Source: Selaginella moellendorffii
Lineage: Eukaryota > Plantae > Lycopodiophyta
Length of the DNA: 64,000 nucleotides
Direction of reading: 5' to 3'
Assembly (NCBI RefSeq): GCF_000143415.4
Contig: NW_003314277.1
Location: 2,130,043-2,194,042 of the forward strand
Shown here: in pieces, positions 1-11,400 of the stretch
Layout of the letters: each line of letters opens with the position of its first letter
Position numbering within the stretch: the first letter of the stretch is position 1
Notes under the pieces: model-generated
What the model was told of the DNA's origin: nothing
The model's input: the letters and a program-made list of their open reading frames with translations, nothing else
Database searches by the model: none
Made by a program: the position numbers and the translations under genes

Positions 1-1349
1 TACCTACTGTTATAGGAAAAGTTGTTGCCTACACGATATCCTTCTTTGGGGTATTTATCACACTAGATGCATCCTCAAGAATTCTCAATATGTAAGTATT
101 TAGATTGGCTCTATATTTTGATAGCAAATCTAACTAGGTGTTTCCTTCACACTCAGATGTGCTTGAGTATTTTCTACAATAGCTAGTTGACACCAAGTGC
201 TTAGTTTCTCTTAGCAAGCTTCTATAGAGAATTTTTGGTTTCTCATAATGACTTAAGCATTTGCCAAGCATCAAACTAGCCCTTCAACTCTTATATAAGG
301 TCTCCCATACTTAATGTGGTATAAAAAATCAACGAAAATGACTTGATAAATAAATATAAATGGAAAAGGCCCATGAATAAAAATACATCCTATTTTTCAA
401 TTAGTTAAAAGTTTTGGGGTTAAATGTTTTGGGTTTGAGTAGTATTGGGCTGAGTGACAAATTCAAGAGTTTACATCTTGAGTCATAAACTTGAAATCTT
501 ACTCATATCCCAAATTATTTATAGCAAATATTGCAATTGGAGGATATGATGTTTAAAAAGGCCTTCTTGACTCTGATTGTATAACAAATGTGATTTCTTT
601 TCCATTGGTGGAGGTTTTATAAATTTTTCCTTCAAACACAACCATGCTATTAAAACCTTTATAAACTATATAGTGGTGTCTATGGGATTTTGTTGAGATA
701 TTTTGATCCAAAATGATGTCATTTCAGTGCATGTGGACTTCATTGCAGTTGACTTCTAAGCACTATGATATGCTCCAATTGTTGACTCTATCATCCTTTG
801 CCGACCATGGTTTGTAGCAACAAATTGTCAAATTGATTGAAGATGTGGTATGATGACAAATAGTAATGAGACAAATGAGGCCAATCTTTTCAACTCTTTT
901 AGACCCACATAGCAATAGAAGCATATGTCTATAATTGCAACTGGTCCACAAGCCAAGGCCAATCAAATGCTAAAAAAGTTCTCTCTTGAGATTATTCAAG
1001 ACTTCACTCTTCTAGTTGTCCATTTCCTTCAATGCAAATAGGACTTTTCTCAAGTGTTCAGATCTATATTTATATTTATATTTTATTGGTTGAATTTACT
1101 TGGAAATAAAGATTAAATCAAATTTGAAAGATAAAAAAATGTCATTTTAAGATAAAACAATGTTTTTCTTGTGTTTGAAAAGTCGTGAGCTCAGCTCGTG
1201 AAGACAAGAGCCCAGGTAGGTTTGAAAAATGAGCTCGTGAGCTCAAAACCTGCCTGGGCTCCTATCATTAAAAAAGATCCTAAGATCAACCATCACATCC
1301 ACTAGACAAATTTTACAATTGTGAAGCTTGAGAAGAGTTTTTAGATTGC

Positions 1350-1560
1350 TTTTATGGTTTAGTTCCTGCATAAAAATGTAATAGATATGCTTGCAGGAAA
1401 TATACTTTTTCTTTGTCCTGCCCCTTTATGTAAAATCTGAAAAGCTATAGGATGGATTTTTGCAGATTTTGATAGTGTAAACTCGTACTTTTTGACGATT
1501 TAGTCACAATAACAAACTCCTTAGCCACAATATTAATGTAATTTATCTTTGTGATTGTGC
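1350..1560 (-). pseudogene. Decayed SWIM zinc-finger coding relic (MULE-like transposase or SWIM-domain gene)
   Basis: Manual minus-strand translation gives ...VYTIKICKNPSYSFSDFT*RGRTKKKYISCKHIYYIF, resembling the SWIM pattern YxVxI..PxCxCxDF...CKH with eroded cysteines and a stop. Confidence 0.45.
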
Positions 1561-1874
1561 ACCTCAACTTTTTTCCTAGTTTGATCTTTTCTTGTGTACC
1601 TTTCGAAATGGAAGACCTATATTGTATAGCCTTTCCATTTTTAGTTGATCATATATGCTAGTCTAGTGTTGACATTGGTGGTATAATAGTATTAACAACA
1701 ACATTTAAGGAAGTCTTCAGCTTAAAATTTGCTTTCTCTAGACTTTCAATCTCTTTTTTCAAAAGATTGCAACTTCACTTAATTAACCACTCCTCTAGCT
1801 TTAAAATAATTGAGTTGTGGATCTAGTTTGTATGAGTAACATCAATCCCACAACATCAAATCTAGCTTAACTGA

Positions 1875-2061
1875 TGTCGGGGGAAGGAGGGGCATCTCCC
1901 CCAACATTTGCTCAAATACAAGAAATGCTTCAATACTCTCCACAAAATGCCCCCTTTTGCCCTTGTGGGGCAAGGGTTTTATACAAGGAAGATGGGGAAT
2001 ATTCCAAAGACTAGACTATTCCTTCTCTTTCTCTCACTCTCTTGGTGGCCACACCCTAACA
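1875..2061. repeat. Possible short LTR-like segment at the left boundary of the retroelement block
   Basis: Starts TGTCGG and ends CTAACA at a sharp AT-to-GC transition. No partner copy or TSD found. Confidence 0.3.
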
Positions 2062-2871
2062 TGCGACCACGGTGGATCGCACTGGCTCCAAACACGCGAG
2101 AACCCGCTGAAGAGTGTAGAGTGTACCTCTGCTACTGATGCGAAGTGCTGGTAGCTGCGTGAAATAGTAGAAACTTTAGAAAACAAAGTGGAAAAAAAAA
2201 AAAAGAGGTAGGTGTGAAGTTTAGAGACAGGGAGGAAAACCCGGTGGGAAACCCTATAGTCAAATTGGACCCTGAAGTTGAAGAAAAAGTGCAGAAAAAG
2301 TGTGGAAAGGGGAGAAAAATAAAGGAAAAAAGAGTGAGTACCCAAAGAACTTAACTCGTACTTGGATTTTGACATAGGAAAGTGTAATATGCAAATGTAG
2401 CCTCATGATGACTTTAGGTATGCTCTAAGGATTGGCCAAGATCGAGAAAGAAAGAGAGGTAGAAGAGGGGATGTGTTGCCCAAGGGTGGTAAGTGTAGAG
2501 ATGATGAAAGATGGAGTGATATGATGGAGTGTCGAGATGGTGGTGGCACTCTAAAAAAGTGGCCTCTCACTAAAGTGTTAAGCCAATGGTTTGATAACCG
2601 GTAACTAGTAACTTGTAACCAGTAACTGGGTACCTGTAACTAGTAACCACCTGCTCTCGCTCCTACTCCTATGCCTGCTCCAGCACCAATATGGTGGAGT
2701 GATATGGTGGAGCACCGAGATGGTGGTGGCACTCTGAGAAGGTGGCCATCTCTGAAATAAGAGTAATTGAAGAAGGCAGTAGCTGAAAAGGACGGCGTGG
2801 TCGCTAGGTTGCCGGTAAAAGGAGGTGGCATGTGTCCACTGAGTGCTGGAGTAGAAGAAAGTGGCTTTGGC

Positions 2872-3258
2872 TGTCAAGACCCCCAACAAGATCAAGACTG
2901 GAAAATGCTAAAGACAAAGAGAAAAAGCTAGTGAAAACAAAGAAGAGGCCTTAGACTGGTGTTGATTCAGATTGTGGAGAAATGGAACAAGGCTAACCTA
3001 TATATACTATAGGTTGATGAAGCTCCACCACTCTTGGATCGAGGACGGCCTAAATACAGCTGAGGTCGAGGAGGCGCCACATCATCATCAGGAATGTGGC
3101 TCGAGACTCAGGAATCGGGAAGTGTCTCGAGAGTCAGGAATAGGGAAGTGTCTCGAGAGTCAGGAATAGGGAAGTGTCTCGAGAGTCAGGAATGTGGTCT
3201 GCAGGTCAGGAATCCGGCGAGAGTCAGGAATGTGGCAAGAATTGGGGGATTCCTGACA
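2872..3258 (-). repeat. 3' LTR of the chromovirus (387 bp)
   Basis: Same as 8086-8446 except one G/A substitution and one extra 26-bp unit GGGAAGTGTCTCGAGAGTCAGGAATA. Confidence 0.97.
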
Positions 3259-3269
3259 GCACCCCCTCC

Positions 3270-6200
3270 TCAAGAACGAGTGGAACGAGGATGTGAACGA
3301 GAACGAAGAGGAGGATGAGATGAGCGGCGAGGGATGGGAGATGGAGAAAAAGAATGAGGACTGGGACGAGAAGGATAGCGGCGGTGGAAGTCCTGAACAA
3401 GGTCAGGAGAATGAATCAGGTTGTCCGCAGGTTCCCAAGTGCGTTCCTCAGGTCCGTAACCCTTCCAGTCCACCAGATAGTAGAGTTTAGATCGTGAAAT
3501 CTTGGAATCAAGGATGTCCTGAACCTCGTACTCAGACCCATCCTCGAGCTGCACTGGTGGAGGCGGAGGAATGACCCGATTTGGAATAGGACTGGGAATA
3601 TAAGGCTCAAGGAGAGAGGAGTGAAAAACGGGGTGAATTTGATATGAGGAGGGAAGTGCAAGGCGATAAGTGACAGGATTAATGATGGCAGTGATAGGGA
3701 AAGGACCAAGGCGTTTGAAATCGAGTTTTGGACAGGGCCTGGTGGTGGAGATATTTCGCCTGAGGAGCCAGACTTTATCCCCGATATTGTAAGGGGGACA
3801 ATCCTGACGATGGACATTGGCAAATGTTTTATGAGATTCCTGAGCACGATGGAGGTGGAAGGAGATGGAGTTGTGGATTTCCTGAAGGTTGGAGATAAAT
3901 GATTCAGAGCGGGGATTGGAACGAGAGGATTCAGATGGAGAAGGAAGTGAGAGATTGAATCGGGGATTTCGGCCAGAGTTCGCAAAGAAGGGGGAAACTC
4001 GAAGAGAGGAGTGAACAGAGTTGTTATAGGAGAACTCAGCAAGGGGAAGGATATCGAACCAGTTATCCTGATGATAGTTGATGAAGCACCTCAAGAATTG
4101 TTCCAACGTCTGAATCGTTCGCTCGGACTGCCCATCAGTTTGAGGATGATATGCCGAAGAGAGGTTGGCCTTCACTCCAAGCAGCTGCAAAAACCGTTGC
4201 CAGAAATGAGAGATGAACTGAGGCCCCCGATCCGAAACCACATCTGTAGGAATCCCATGAAGTCGGAAAATTTCCCTGAATACCAGTTTTGCCATGTCCT
4301 CGCCCGAAAACTCCTTGGTACATGGCAAGAAGTGCGCCATCTTTGTGAAGCGATCCACCACGACTAAAATGCTATTGAAGCCTCCAGAACTCGGAAGATC
4401 ACTCAAGAAATCCATGGAGATGGATTCCCAAGAACCTGAAGGGACCGGAAGGGAACGAAGCAAACCTGAAGGAAGGTGGTGAGGTACCTTATTCCGGGCA
4501 CAAGTGTCACAGGAGGTAACAAAAGCTTTGATGTAGTCGTCCATGTGAGGCCACCAAAAGTCCCGTGCAACTAGCTCATAGGTTTTCGCAATGCCGAAGT
4601 GACCAGCAGTCGGGCTATCGTGGCACGCCATCAGGATCAACCTTCGAGCATCACCTTCAGGAACGTAAAGCTGCTCCCCACGGTACAATAAGCCATCTAA
4701 GAACTCGAACTCGTCAAATCGCCGGCAGTCGGGAGTCACTGGGTGTCCAGCCTGAAGATGGGGAAAAATGTCGCTAGCGAGATCATCGGATTGAAGATCG
4801 TTTCTGATTGCATCCATCAAGGAGGAGTCCTGAGGGGCCAGGGAAATTGCCATAACTTGAAGCCGATCAGGACCGAGGATAACTTGATCCTGTTGATCGA
4901 AGGCAGGATTACCAGGCCTGAGACTGAGATAGGAGCGCCTTGAAAGAGCATCAGGAAGGCCTTGAAACTTTCCAGGTCTGTACTTGATAACAAAGTCAAA
5001 CCGACTCAGGAATTGTGCCCACCTTGCTTGACGACGGCTTAAAACTCGGGAAGTGGCAAAGTACTCGAGATTTTTGTGATCCGTCCAGACTGTTGTTTGA
5101 TGGCTCGCCCCCTCCAAGAAACGGCGCCACTCTCCAAAGGAATCCACGATGGCAAGAAGCTCCTTGTCGTGGATTTCGTAATTGATCTCCGCAGGCTGGA
5201 ATTTCCGAGAATGGAAAGCGACCGGATGAAGTTCGTGATCCGCTCCGAGTTGAGATAGCACAGCACCAATGGCAAAGTCGGAGGCGTCAGCCTCGATGAA
5301 GAAAGGTTGTGAGGAATCAGCATGGATCAAGACAGGAGCAGAACTGAAGGCCGCCTTGAGTGTGTCGAAAGCCTGCTGGGCAGCAGCAGACCAAGAGAAG
5401 GGAACATCCTTGCGAGTGAGATGTGTGAGAGGAAGGACAATGTCAGAGTAGTGATCAATGAATTTGCGGTAGAAGTTGGCGAAGCCAAGGAAAACCTGAA
5501 CGTCTGACATTGATTGTGGAGGCTCCCATTCGAGAATAGTCTTGACTTTAGCAGGATCCATCATGATACCCTCAGGAGTTACAATGTACCCAAGGAACTC
5601 CACAGACTGCTGATCAAAGGAACATTTCTCAAGCTTCGCGTATAGGCCGTGTTCTCGCAGCTTCGCTAGCACCTTGCGAACATGTTCGTCATGCTCCTCC
5701 TGAGTTTTTGAGTAGATGAGGATGTCATCGAGGTAGACGATCACCATCTGATCAAGAAACTCCCGAAAAACGTCGTTCGCCATGTGTTGGAAAACCGCTG
5801 GAGCATTTGTCAAGCCAAATGGCATGACAGTGTACTCGAAGTGGCCATAGCGGGTTCGAAACGCAGTCTTCCATTCATCACCAGGCCGGATCCGGATCAG
5901 GTTGTATGCTCCACGGAGGTCGATCTTGGTGAAGAAGCGGGCACCGCCGAGGCGTTCCAACAGGTCCGAGATCAGCGGCAGCGGATAACGGTTCCGAACA
6001 GTCACCTTGTTCAAACCTCGGTAGTCGATGACTAGCCGCAAGCTCCCATCCTTCTTCTTGACAAAGAAGACAGGCGCTCCAGCCGGGGACTGCGAATGCT
6101 GAATGTAGCCCGAGGCAAGGTTCTCATCCACATACTCTTTGAGGGCCTTAAGCTCGGACGGGGATAACCCGTAGATAGGCCCCCACGGAGGTGACGCTCC

Positions 6201-7043
6201 TTCCTGTAAATCAATGGGACAATCATAAGGCCGATGAACAGGCAGTACACTAGCTTTTTTCTTGTCAAACACATCCCCAAAATCATGATACTTCTCAGGA
6301 AGACTGACAGGAGAAACATGCAAAGCAAAAAGAAAAAGAGGTTCTTCATGAAGGAGTTCTTTCATAGTGATTGTGGAGATAGGAGGAGGGGTACGACTAA
6401 ATGGAATGATGAGACGAGGATACTGTCCAGTGTAAGATGGAAGAGAGGAAAAAGAAGAGGATGAAAACTGCGTAGAGTCAGGAACAGAACCCCGACTTGA
6501 GTTTAGGGAACTTTTCCTGATTCGGACTCGATGAACACCAGGGGAAGCCGTGGGAGATGGTGATGTGGGAGAGATGAGCTGTAAGTCCTTCCAACAAATC
6601 TGAGGCTGATGTAGTTGGAACCAAGGAAGACCGAGCACCACAGAGGAAGACTTGCTGTTGATGATGTTGAAGGCGATATCGGTGACGGTGGACCCGATGT
6701 GGACTCGAACGGGCAACGTTTCCCTAAGTCCAGAAGATGGAGACACAAAATGCCCGCCGATGCCTTCAACCCTCAGATCCCGTATGGTAGGAGAAAGAGG
6801 AACGTGATGTCGGGCAGCAAAGTCCGTGTCCATGAAGCAGGAAGTTGCACCCGAGTCCAGTAGCGCCAAAGCCTTGAGTCCTGATTGTCCGGTGAACGAA
6901 AGGAGACATGGGACGTGGAAGTTGCGGGAATTGGTGGTGGCTTTGATGAAAGGTGGTGAGGAGCTTGATAAGGAAGAAAAGTGATTTTTATTTGGGGAGT
7001 CCAAACAGACAGCTCCTACTCTGTTTGGACAGGGTCGTTTCCC
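3270..7043 (-). CDS. pol: Pol polyprotein (protease-RT-RNase H-integrase-chromodomain), probably expressed by -1 frameshift from gag
   Basis: ORF 3270-7109: LLDSGA protease, YLDD RT, EADASDFAIGAVL and NYEIHDKELLAIV RNase H, HHCC plus D,D35E integrase, GPF motif, EYEVQDILDS..YLVDWKGYGPEERTWEP chromodomain. Confidence 0.96.
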   Translation of the reverse strand, partial: GKRPCPNRVGAVCLDSPNKNHFSSLSSSSPPFIKATTNSRNFHVPCLLSFTGQSGLKALALLDSGATSCFMDTDFAARHHVPLSPTIRDLRVEGIGGHFVSPSSGLRETLPVRVHIGSTVTDIAFNIINSKSSSVVLGLPWFQLHQPQICWKDLQLISPTSPSPTASPGVHRVRIRKSSLNSSRGSVPDSTQFSSSSFSSLPSYTGQYPRLIIPFSRTPPPISTITMKELLHEEPLFLFALHVSPVSLPEKYHDFGDVFDKKKASVLPVHRPYDCPIDLQEGASPPWGPIYGLSPSELKALKEYVDENLASGYIQHSQSPAGAPVFFVKKKDGSLRLVIDYRGLNKVTVRNRYPLPLISDLLERLGGARFFTKIDLRGAYNLIRIRPGDEWKTAFRTRYGHFEYTVMPFGLTNAPAVFQHMANDVFREFLDQMVIVYLDDILIYSKTQEEHDEHVRKVLAKLREHGLYAKLEKCSFDQQSVEFLGYIVTPEGIMMDPAKVKTILEWEPPQSMSDVQVFLGFANFYRKFIDHYSDIVLPLTHLTRKDVPFSWSAAAQQAFDTLKAAFSSAPVLIHADSSQPFFIEADASDFAIGAVLSQLGADHELHPVAFHSRKFQPAEINYEIHDKELLAIVDSFGEWRRFLEGASHQTTVWTDHKNLEYFATSRVLSRRQARWAQFLSRFDFVIKYRPGKFQGLPDALSRRSYLSLRPGNPAFDQQDQVILGPDRLQVMAISLAPQDSSLMDAIRNDLQSDDLASDIFPHLQAGHPVTPDCRRFDEFEFLDGLLYRGEQLYVPEGDARRLILMACHDSPTAGHFGIAKTYELVARDFWWPHMDDYIKAFVTSCDTCARNKVPHHLPSGLLRSLPVPSGSWESISMDFLSDLPSSGGFNSILVVVDRFTKMAHFLPCTKEFSGEDMAKLVFREIFRLHGIPTDVVSDRGPQFISHFWQRFLQLLGVKANLSSAYHPQTDGQSERTIQTLEQFLRCFINYHQDNWFDILPLAEFSYNNSVHSSLRVSPFFANSGRNPRFNLSLPSPSESSRSNPRSESFISNLQEIHNSISFHLHRAQESHKTFANVHRQDCPPYNIGDKVWLLRRNISTTRPCPKLDFKRLGPFPITAIINPVTYRLALPSSYQIHPVFHSSLLEPYIPSPIPNRVIPPPPPVQLEDGSEYEVQDILDSKISRSKLYYLVDWKGYGPEERTWEPADNLIHSPDLVQDFHRRYPSRPSPHSFSPSPIPRRSSHPPLRSRSHPRSTRS
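6959..7043 (-). promoter_or_regulatory. Programmed -1 ribosomal frameshift signal (slippery heptamer plus stem/pseudoknot)
   Basis: G GGA AAC in gag phase at 7043-7037, 6-nt spacer, perfect 11-bp stem (7030-7020 with 7009-6999). Loop AGGAGCT can pair with AGCTCCT at 6965-6959. Confidence 0.85.
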
Positions 7044-7993
7044 AACTGCAACAGTGGTGGACTTTGAGGCAGAGTGAACTCGAGCAATCGGGGAGGCTTC
7101 CTGGGACACACAGCTGCTTTGTGATTAGGATCAGCACAGTAGAGGCAAAGATTATGAGATATTCGACGTTGCCTCTCAGCAGGACTCAACTTCCCTCTAA
7201 TGAGTCGGGGAGTACCAGAAATATCCATCGGGACCGGAGCAGTAGGTTCAGGACTATGCCCCGAAGACTCAAGCTGGGATTCCTGAGTCTGGGACGGAAA
7301 AACAGCGGCGCGGCGACTTTCCTGACGACGTTCAAAGAGACGATTGTCACATCGAACAGCTTTGTTGATGGCGTCCGACAGGTCCTTGGGATCCTCCATG
7401 GTGAGCAACAAATCCTTGACACCGTTGTTGAGGCCGAAACGAAATTGGTCAATCAGGGCCCGCTCATCCCACTGAGTGTCCAAGGCAAGGAGTTGGAACT
7501 CTGCAGCGTAGATCGAGGCAGGACGAGACCCCTGAGAGAGACGTCTCATCTTTGTGGTAGCAGCCCGAACCCGATCCGTCTCGCCAAAACATGCTTCGAG
7601 CTTCTCTTTGAACAATTGAAGATCCATCAGCTCCGGAACCACGACCCCTTTCATGCTCTTCTCCAGAAGAGGAGAAAACCATGACAAAGCTGCACCCTCG
7701 AGCAACGTCCCAATCGCACCGATTTGAGACTCAGGAGTGGGGTACCGCCGATGTTGAAGTGCAAAGATCAGCTCCATTTGATTCAAAAATCCACGAAGCT
7801 CCGAACGCTTGCCTGAAAATTTCGCCGGGAAACTCACCTTCGGTTCAGGAACTTTGCTGGATCCTTGAGCCGAAAGTGAAGCAAGCTCCTGCTGCATGCG
7901 AAGAAGGGTCGCCTTCAGCTCGGTATTCTCAGACTGGATTTTTGCAAGGACTTCGGCAAAGAAATCAGGATGGCTTGGAGACTCCATTGGCAA
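7016..7993 (-). CDS. gag: Gag (PEG10/sushi-like capsid with CCHC zinc knuckle)
   Basis: 325-aa ORF with PAKFSG..ELRGFLNQ, GAALSWF, YAAEFQLLA and CLYCADPNHKAAVC; overlaps pol in the -1 frame. Confidence 0.95.
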   Translation of the reverse strand: MPMESPSHPDFFAEVLAKIQSENTELKATLLRMQQELASLSAQGSSKVPEPKVSFPAKFSGKRSELRGFLNQMELIFALQHRRYPTPESQIGAIGTLLEGAALSWFSPLLEKSMKGVVVPELMDLQLFKEKLEACFGETDRVRAATTKMRRLSQGSRPASIYAAEFQLLALDTQWDERALIDQFRFGLNNGVKDLLLTMEDPKDLSDAINKAVRCDNRLFERRQESRRAAVFPSQTQESQLESSGHSPEPTAPVPMDISGTPRLIRGKLSPAERQRRISHNLCLYCADPNHKAAVCPRKPPRLLEFTLPQSPPLLQLGNDPVQTE

Positions 7994-8068
7994 GAAGAAA
8001 GAAAAGAAAGGGGGGAAAAGACAAAGGCAATCAAATAATCAAAACAAGCTAAAAGAAAAGCAAAAAAA

Positions 8069-8190
8069 CACAATCTGAATCAAACTGTCAAGACCCCCAA
8101 CAAGATCAAGACTGGAAAATGCTAAAGACAAAGAGAAAAAGCTAGTGAAAACAAAGAAGAGGCCTTAGACTGGTGTTGATTCAGATTGTG
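8069..8190 (-). promoter_or_regulatory. Self-priming PBS (8069-8083) complementary to LTR segment 8176-8190
   Basis: No TGG tRNA PBS. TTGATTCAGATTGTG, 2 nt past the LTR end, is a perfect 15-nt complement of LTR sequence about 30 nt downstream of a TATATATA box (8213-8220). Confidence 0.8.
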
Positions 8191-8446
8191 GAGAAATGGA
8201 ACAAGGCTAACCTATATATACTATAGGTTGATGAAGCTCCACCACTCTTGGATCGAGGACGGCCTAAATACAGCTGAGGTCGAGGAGGCGCCACATCATC
8301 ATCAGGAATGTGACTCGAGACTCAGGAATCGGGAAGTGTCTCGAGAGTCAGGAATAGGGAAGTGTCTCGAGAGTCAGGAATGTGGTCTGCAGGTCAGGAA
8401 TCCGGCGAGAGTCAGGAATGTGGCAAGAATTGGGGGATTCCTGACA
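8086..8446 (-). repeat. 5' LTR of the chromovirus (361 bp)
   Basis: Near-identical to 2872-3258, with TG...CA ends. Confidence 0.97.
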
Positions 8447-8451
8447 TTGGC

Positions 8452-11400
8452 TTTTGTGGCCTCGCCTAAAGATCCACCTAGGTGCCTTGAGTGAATAGGC
8501 TCACCCGGTTGGAAGAAAGTTGCTCCAGAAAAGCTAGTGCGTCGTCGGCAAATGGTCGTAAGGATATCTTGGAAACGACACACCCAAATGAGGTGGTGTC
8601 ATTTGCTGCTGGTGCATGTATGTGTGTTCATGGTATAGTGTAAATGTGACCTCAAGCGGAGATGTGAATGATGGTGAAAGAATGAAAGATGCAAGACGAG
8701 CATCTAGAGATAAGTGCGGGCAATGCTGCTGGAAGTGATTGGTGATGGAACTGTGAGTGTAGATGATATGAAATGAGTGAGGGGAAAGTGTGGGTGTAGT
8801 AATGGTAAGGGAAGGGCCAAAGAACCTGGAACATAGACCGGGCGAAGCGAGGAACCTCCATACAAATGGCAATGCAGCCTGAGTACGAAATCCAAGGCAT
8901 GGGCCATGGTGCAATGGGGAAACACCCTCTGAAAGTAAGAAAAGGAGTCATGAAAGTAAAGTAAAAGAAAGGAAGAAAAAGAAAAAGAAAAAGAAAAGAA
9001 GAGGAATGCCTCATCAAATGAAGCATTTGAGGTGAGAGTGGTTGTGAGCGTGTGGGAGCTCACATCCCTCAGCATCAACTAGCATGTATGCTCCACCCTT
9101 AATGTGTTGCTGGACAAAGTAGGGGCCGGTCTAGTGAGGGGAGAACTTCGAAGGTGGCATGAACTCCTTGAGTAGAACAAGATCGCCATCCTCGAATGGT
9201 TCGGCAGACCACCGGTGATCAATGACGGACTTGATCTTCTACTTGCCTCAAAGGAGATGTTCATTTGTAGATCGTCGCTGTTCTTCCAAGGCAAGAACCT
9301 CCAAGTCACGTGCATGAAGCTTGTCCTCATCGCTAAGTTGCATCGCTACTGCGTATTGAAGTGAAAGTGAGAGTGATGGCACTTGGATCTCCATTGGAAG
9401 CACGGCCTCTATCCCATAGACAAGGGAGAATGGGGTCGCAGAGATGGATGTCTTGAAGGACGTTTGAAAGGCCCACAACACTGTAACCAAGTGCTCGTGC
9501 CAATGCCTCGGGTGATCCTCCACAAGCTTTGAGATGACTGTCTTCAATATTTTGTTGCTGGACTCCGCCTGGCCATTACACTCAGGATAATAGCTGCTAC
9601 TCTTCACTTGTTTGACCTACAGCCATTGGTGAAGATGCTGCATCACTTGTCCAAGGAAGCTACTGCCACGATCGGAAATCAAAACGGCAGGAACTCCAAA
9701 TCGACAAATAATGTACTCGTAGACAAAATTTGCTATAGACTGTTGATCTGCTTGTCGTAGAGGGGTGGCCTCAACCCATTTTGTGAAATAGTCCATTGCC
9801 ACGATGATGTATCGCTATCCTTTTGAGCTCGGTGGGTTGATCGGGCCGACATAGTCAAGTCCCCATTGGAAAAAGGGACTCGGAGAAGTGATGAGCTGGA
9901 AAGGAAGACATGGAACATGGCTTTGAGGGTTGAACCATTGGCACTACTCACATGCCTTTGTATAGGCCAAGCTGTCCTGGTGAATCCAAGGCCAAAAGTA
10001 GCCATGGCGCAAAAGGAGTTGTGCTGTGACTTGTCCCGAGAAATGTCCCGTACAAGAGTGGAAAGCACAAAGGAGCTTAGGGACCTCATGTTCACCCACA
10101 CACCACAACAAAACTTCTTGAGAAGTTCTCCTATAAAGGTGTCTGTCAAGAAGGCAAAACCCATGTGCTCGGATCTCCAATGCCTTTTGTTGTACTGGTG
10201 AGGAATCTACTAGGAACTGACTTGAATCCAAGTACACTGCAATGTCTTGTAATGCTGCTAGGACCACAAAGGAAGTAGCTTCAGCAACCAGAAACTCGCT
10301 CAGATCCATCACACGCTTCCGCCATAGTGAAAAGTTGGCTGGAACTTTTGGATGGTCACAATCCAAGATAAAGTACAAGGACTGTGACCCGGTCGCTGTA
10401 AAAGAAAGGTCAACATATTAAAATAGACATGGAAATGGATATAAGCTCCAACGAGAAAGTGATGAAATCACTCCAAGGTGTAAACAACAACCATTGCTTC
10501 TTTTTTTGCATCCACATACTTCTTCTTAGTCTCCTTGAACGAATGTGAGGTATAGTATGTTGCATGTGGGGGCTTGCTAGGCTGTGAACATTAGCAAAGG
10601 CATACTCCAAAAGCCTTTGTACCCGTTGTGATGTAAATGTCAAAAGGAAGTTGTCGTTCTGGTGGTTGGAGTACCGGGGCCATGCAGAGTGACTGCTTCA
10701 GTGATTCAAAGGCTTGTTGCTAGGACTCACCCCAGAAAAATGGAACGTTGTGTTGTAGCAGAGCTATCAGGGGCCGTGAACGTGCAGCATAGTTGTGGAG
10801 GAAACAGCAAAAGAAACCCGTTTGCCTGAGGAAGCTGCAAAGTTGCTTCACGTTGGTTGGTGCCAGAATTTCCTAAGCCTTGGCTACCTGGGGCTTGATC
10901 CCATCCTGTGTTGTCAGCAGTGAGTGAAGATCTACTCCAAGTGCATAAGGTGGTCCTCAAAGGAGTCAGAGGTCATGCACAAATCATCCATATACACCCT
11001 CAAGGCACCCCCAATCAAGTCGTGAAAGGCATGGGTCATAAAGTGCTGAAAAGTAACTCCAGCATTACACAAGCCAAACAGGAGGACATTGAAAGTGAAG
11101 ACGCCCCAAGATGTTCGGAAGGCTGTAAGATCTTAATGATCAGGATGAATGAAGATCTGGTTGTACCCTGAAAAGCCATCCATGAGAGAGTAGTAACGGT
11201 GCCCAGCCATCTCATCCACAATCGCATCGATAAATGGAGTCGGAAAGTGATCTTTCGTAGTTGCCTTATTCAAGTCTCAAAAGTCAATGCAGAGGTGGAG
11301 TTTTCCATTTGCCTTGTGTGCAAGGATGAGATTGGCCACCCACTCTGAGCTCTCCAAAGGGTAAATAAAGCCGGCTGCCAGAAGTCACTCGATCTCCAAC

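Larger units (their letters stand above)
2872..8446 (-). mobile_element. Intact Ty3/gypsy chromovirus (Tcn1/Tf1-sushi-like)
   Basis: LTRs 2872-3258 and 8086-8446 (TGTCA...TGACA), 5-bp TSD TTGGC (2867-2871 and 8447-8451), PPT 3261-3271, intact gag and pol ending in a chromodomain. Confidence 0.97.

Noticed and set aside
3085-3235. CRISPR-like repeat array
   Set aside because: Tandem 26-bp units with no unique spacers, inside an LTR, in a eukaryotic context with no cas genes.
6953-8052. Plus-strand ORFs of 243 aa and 123 aa
   Set aside because: Antisense shadows of gag with no recognisable motifs.
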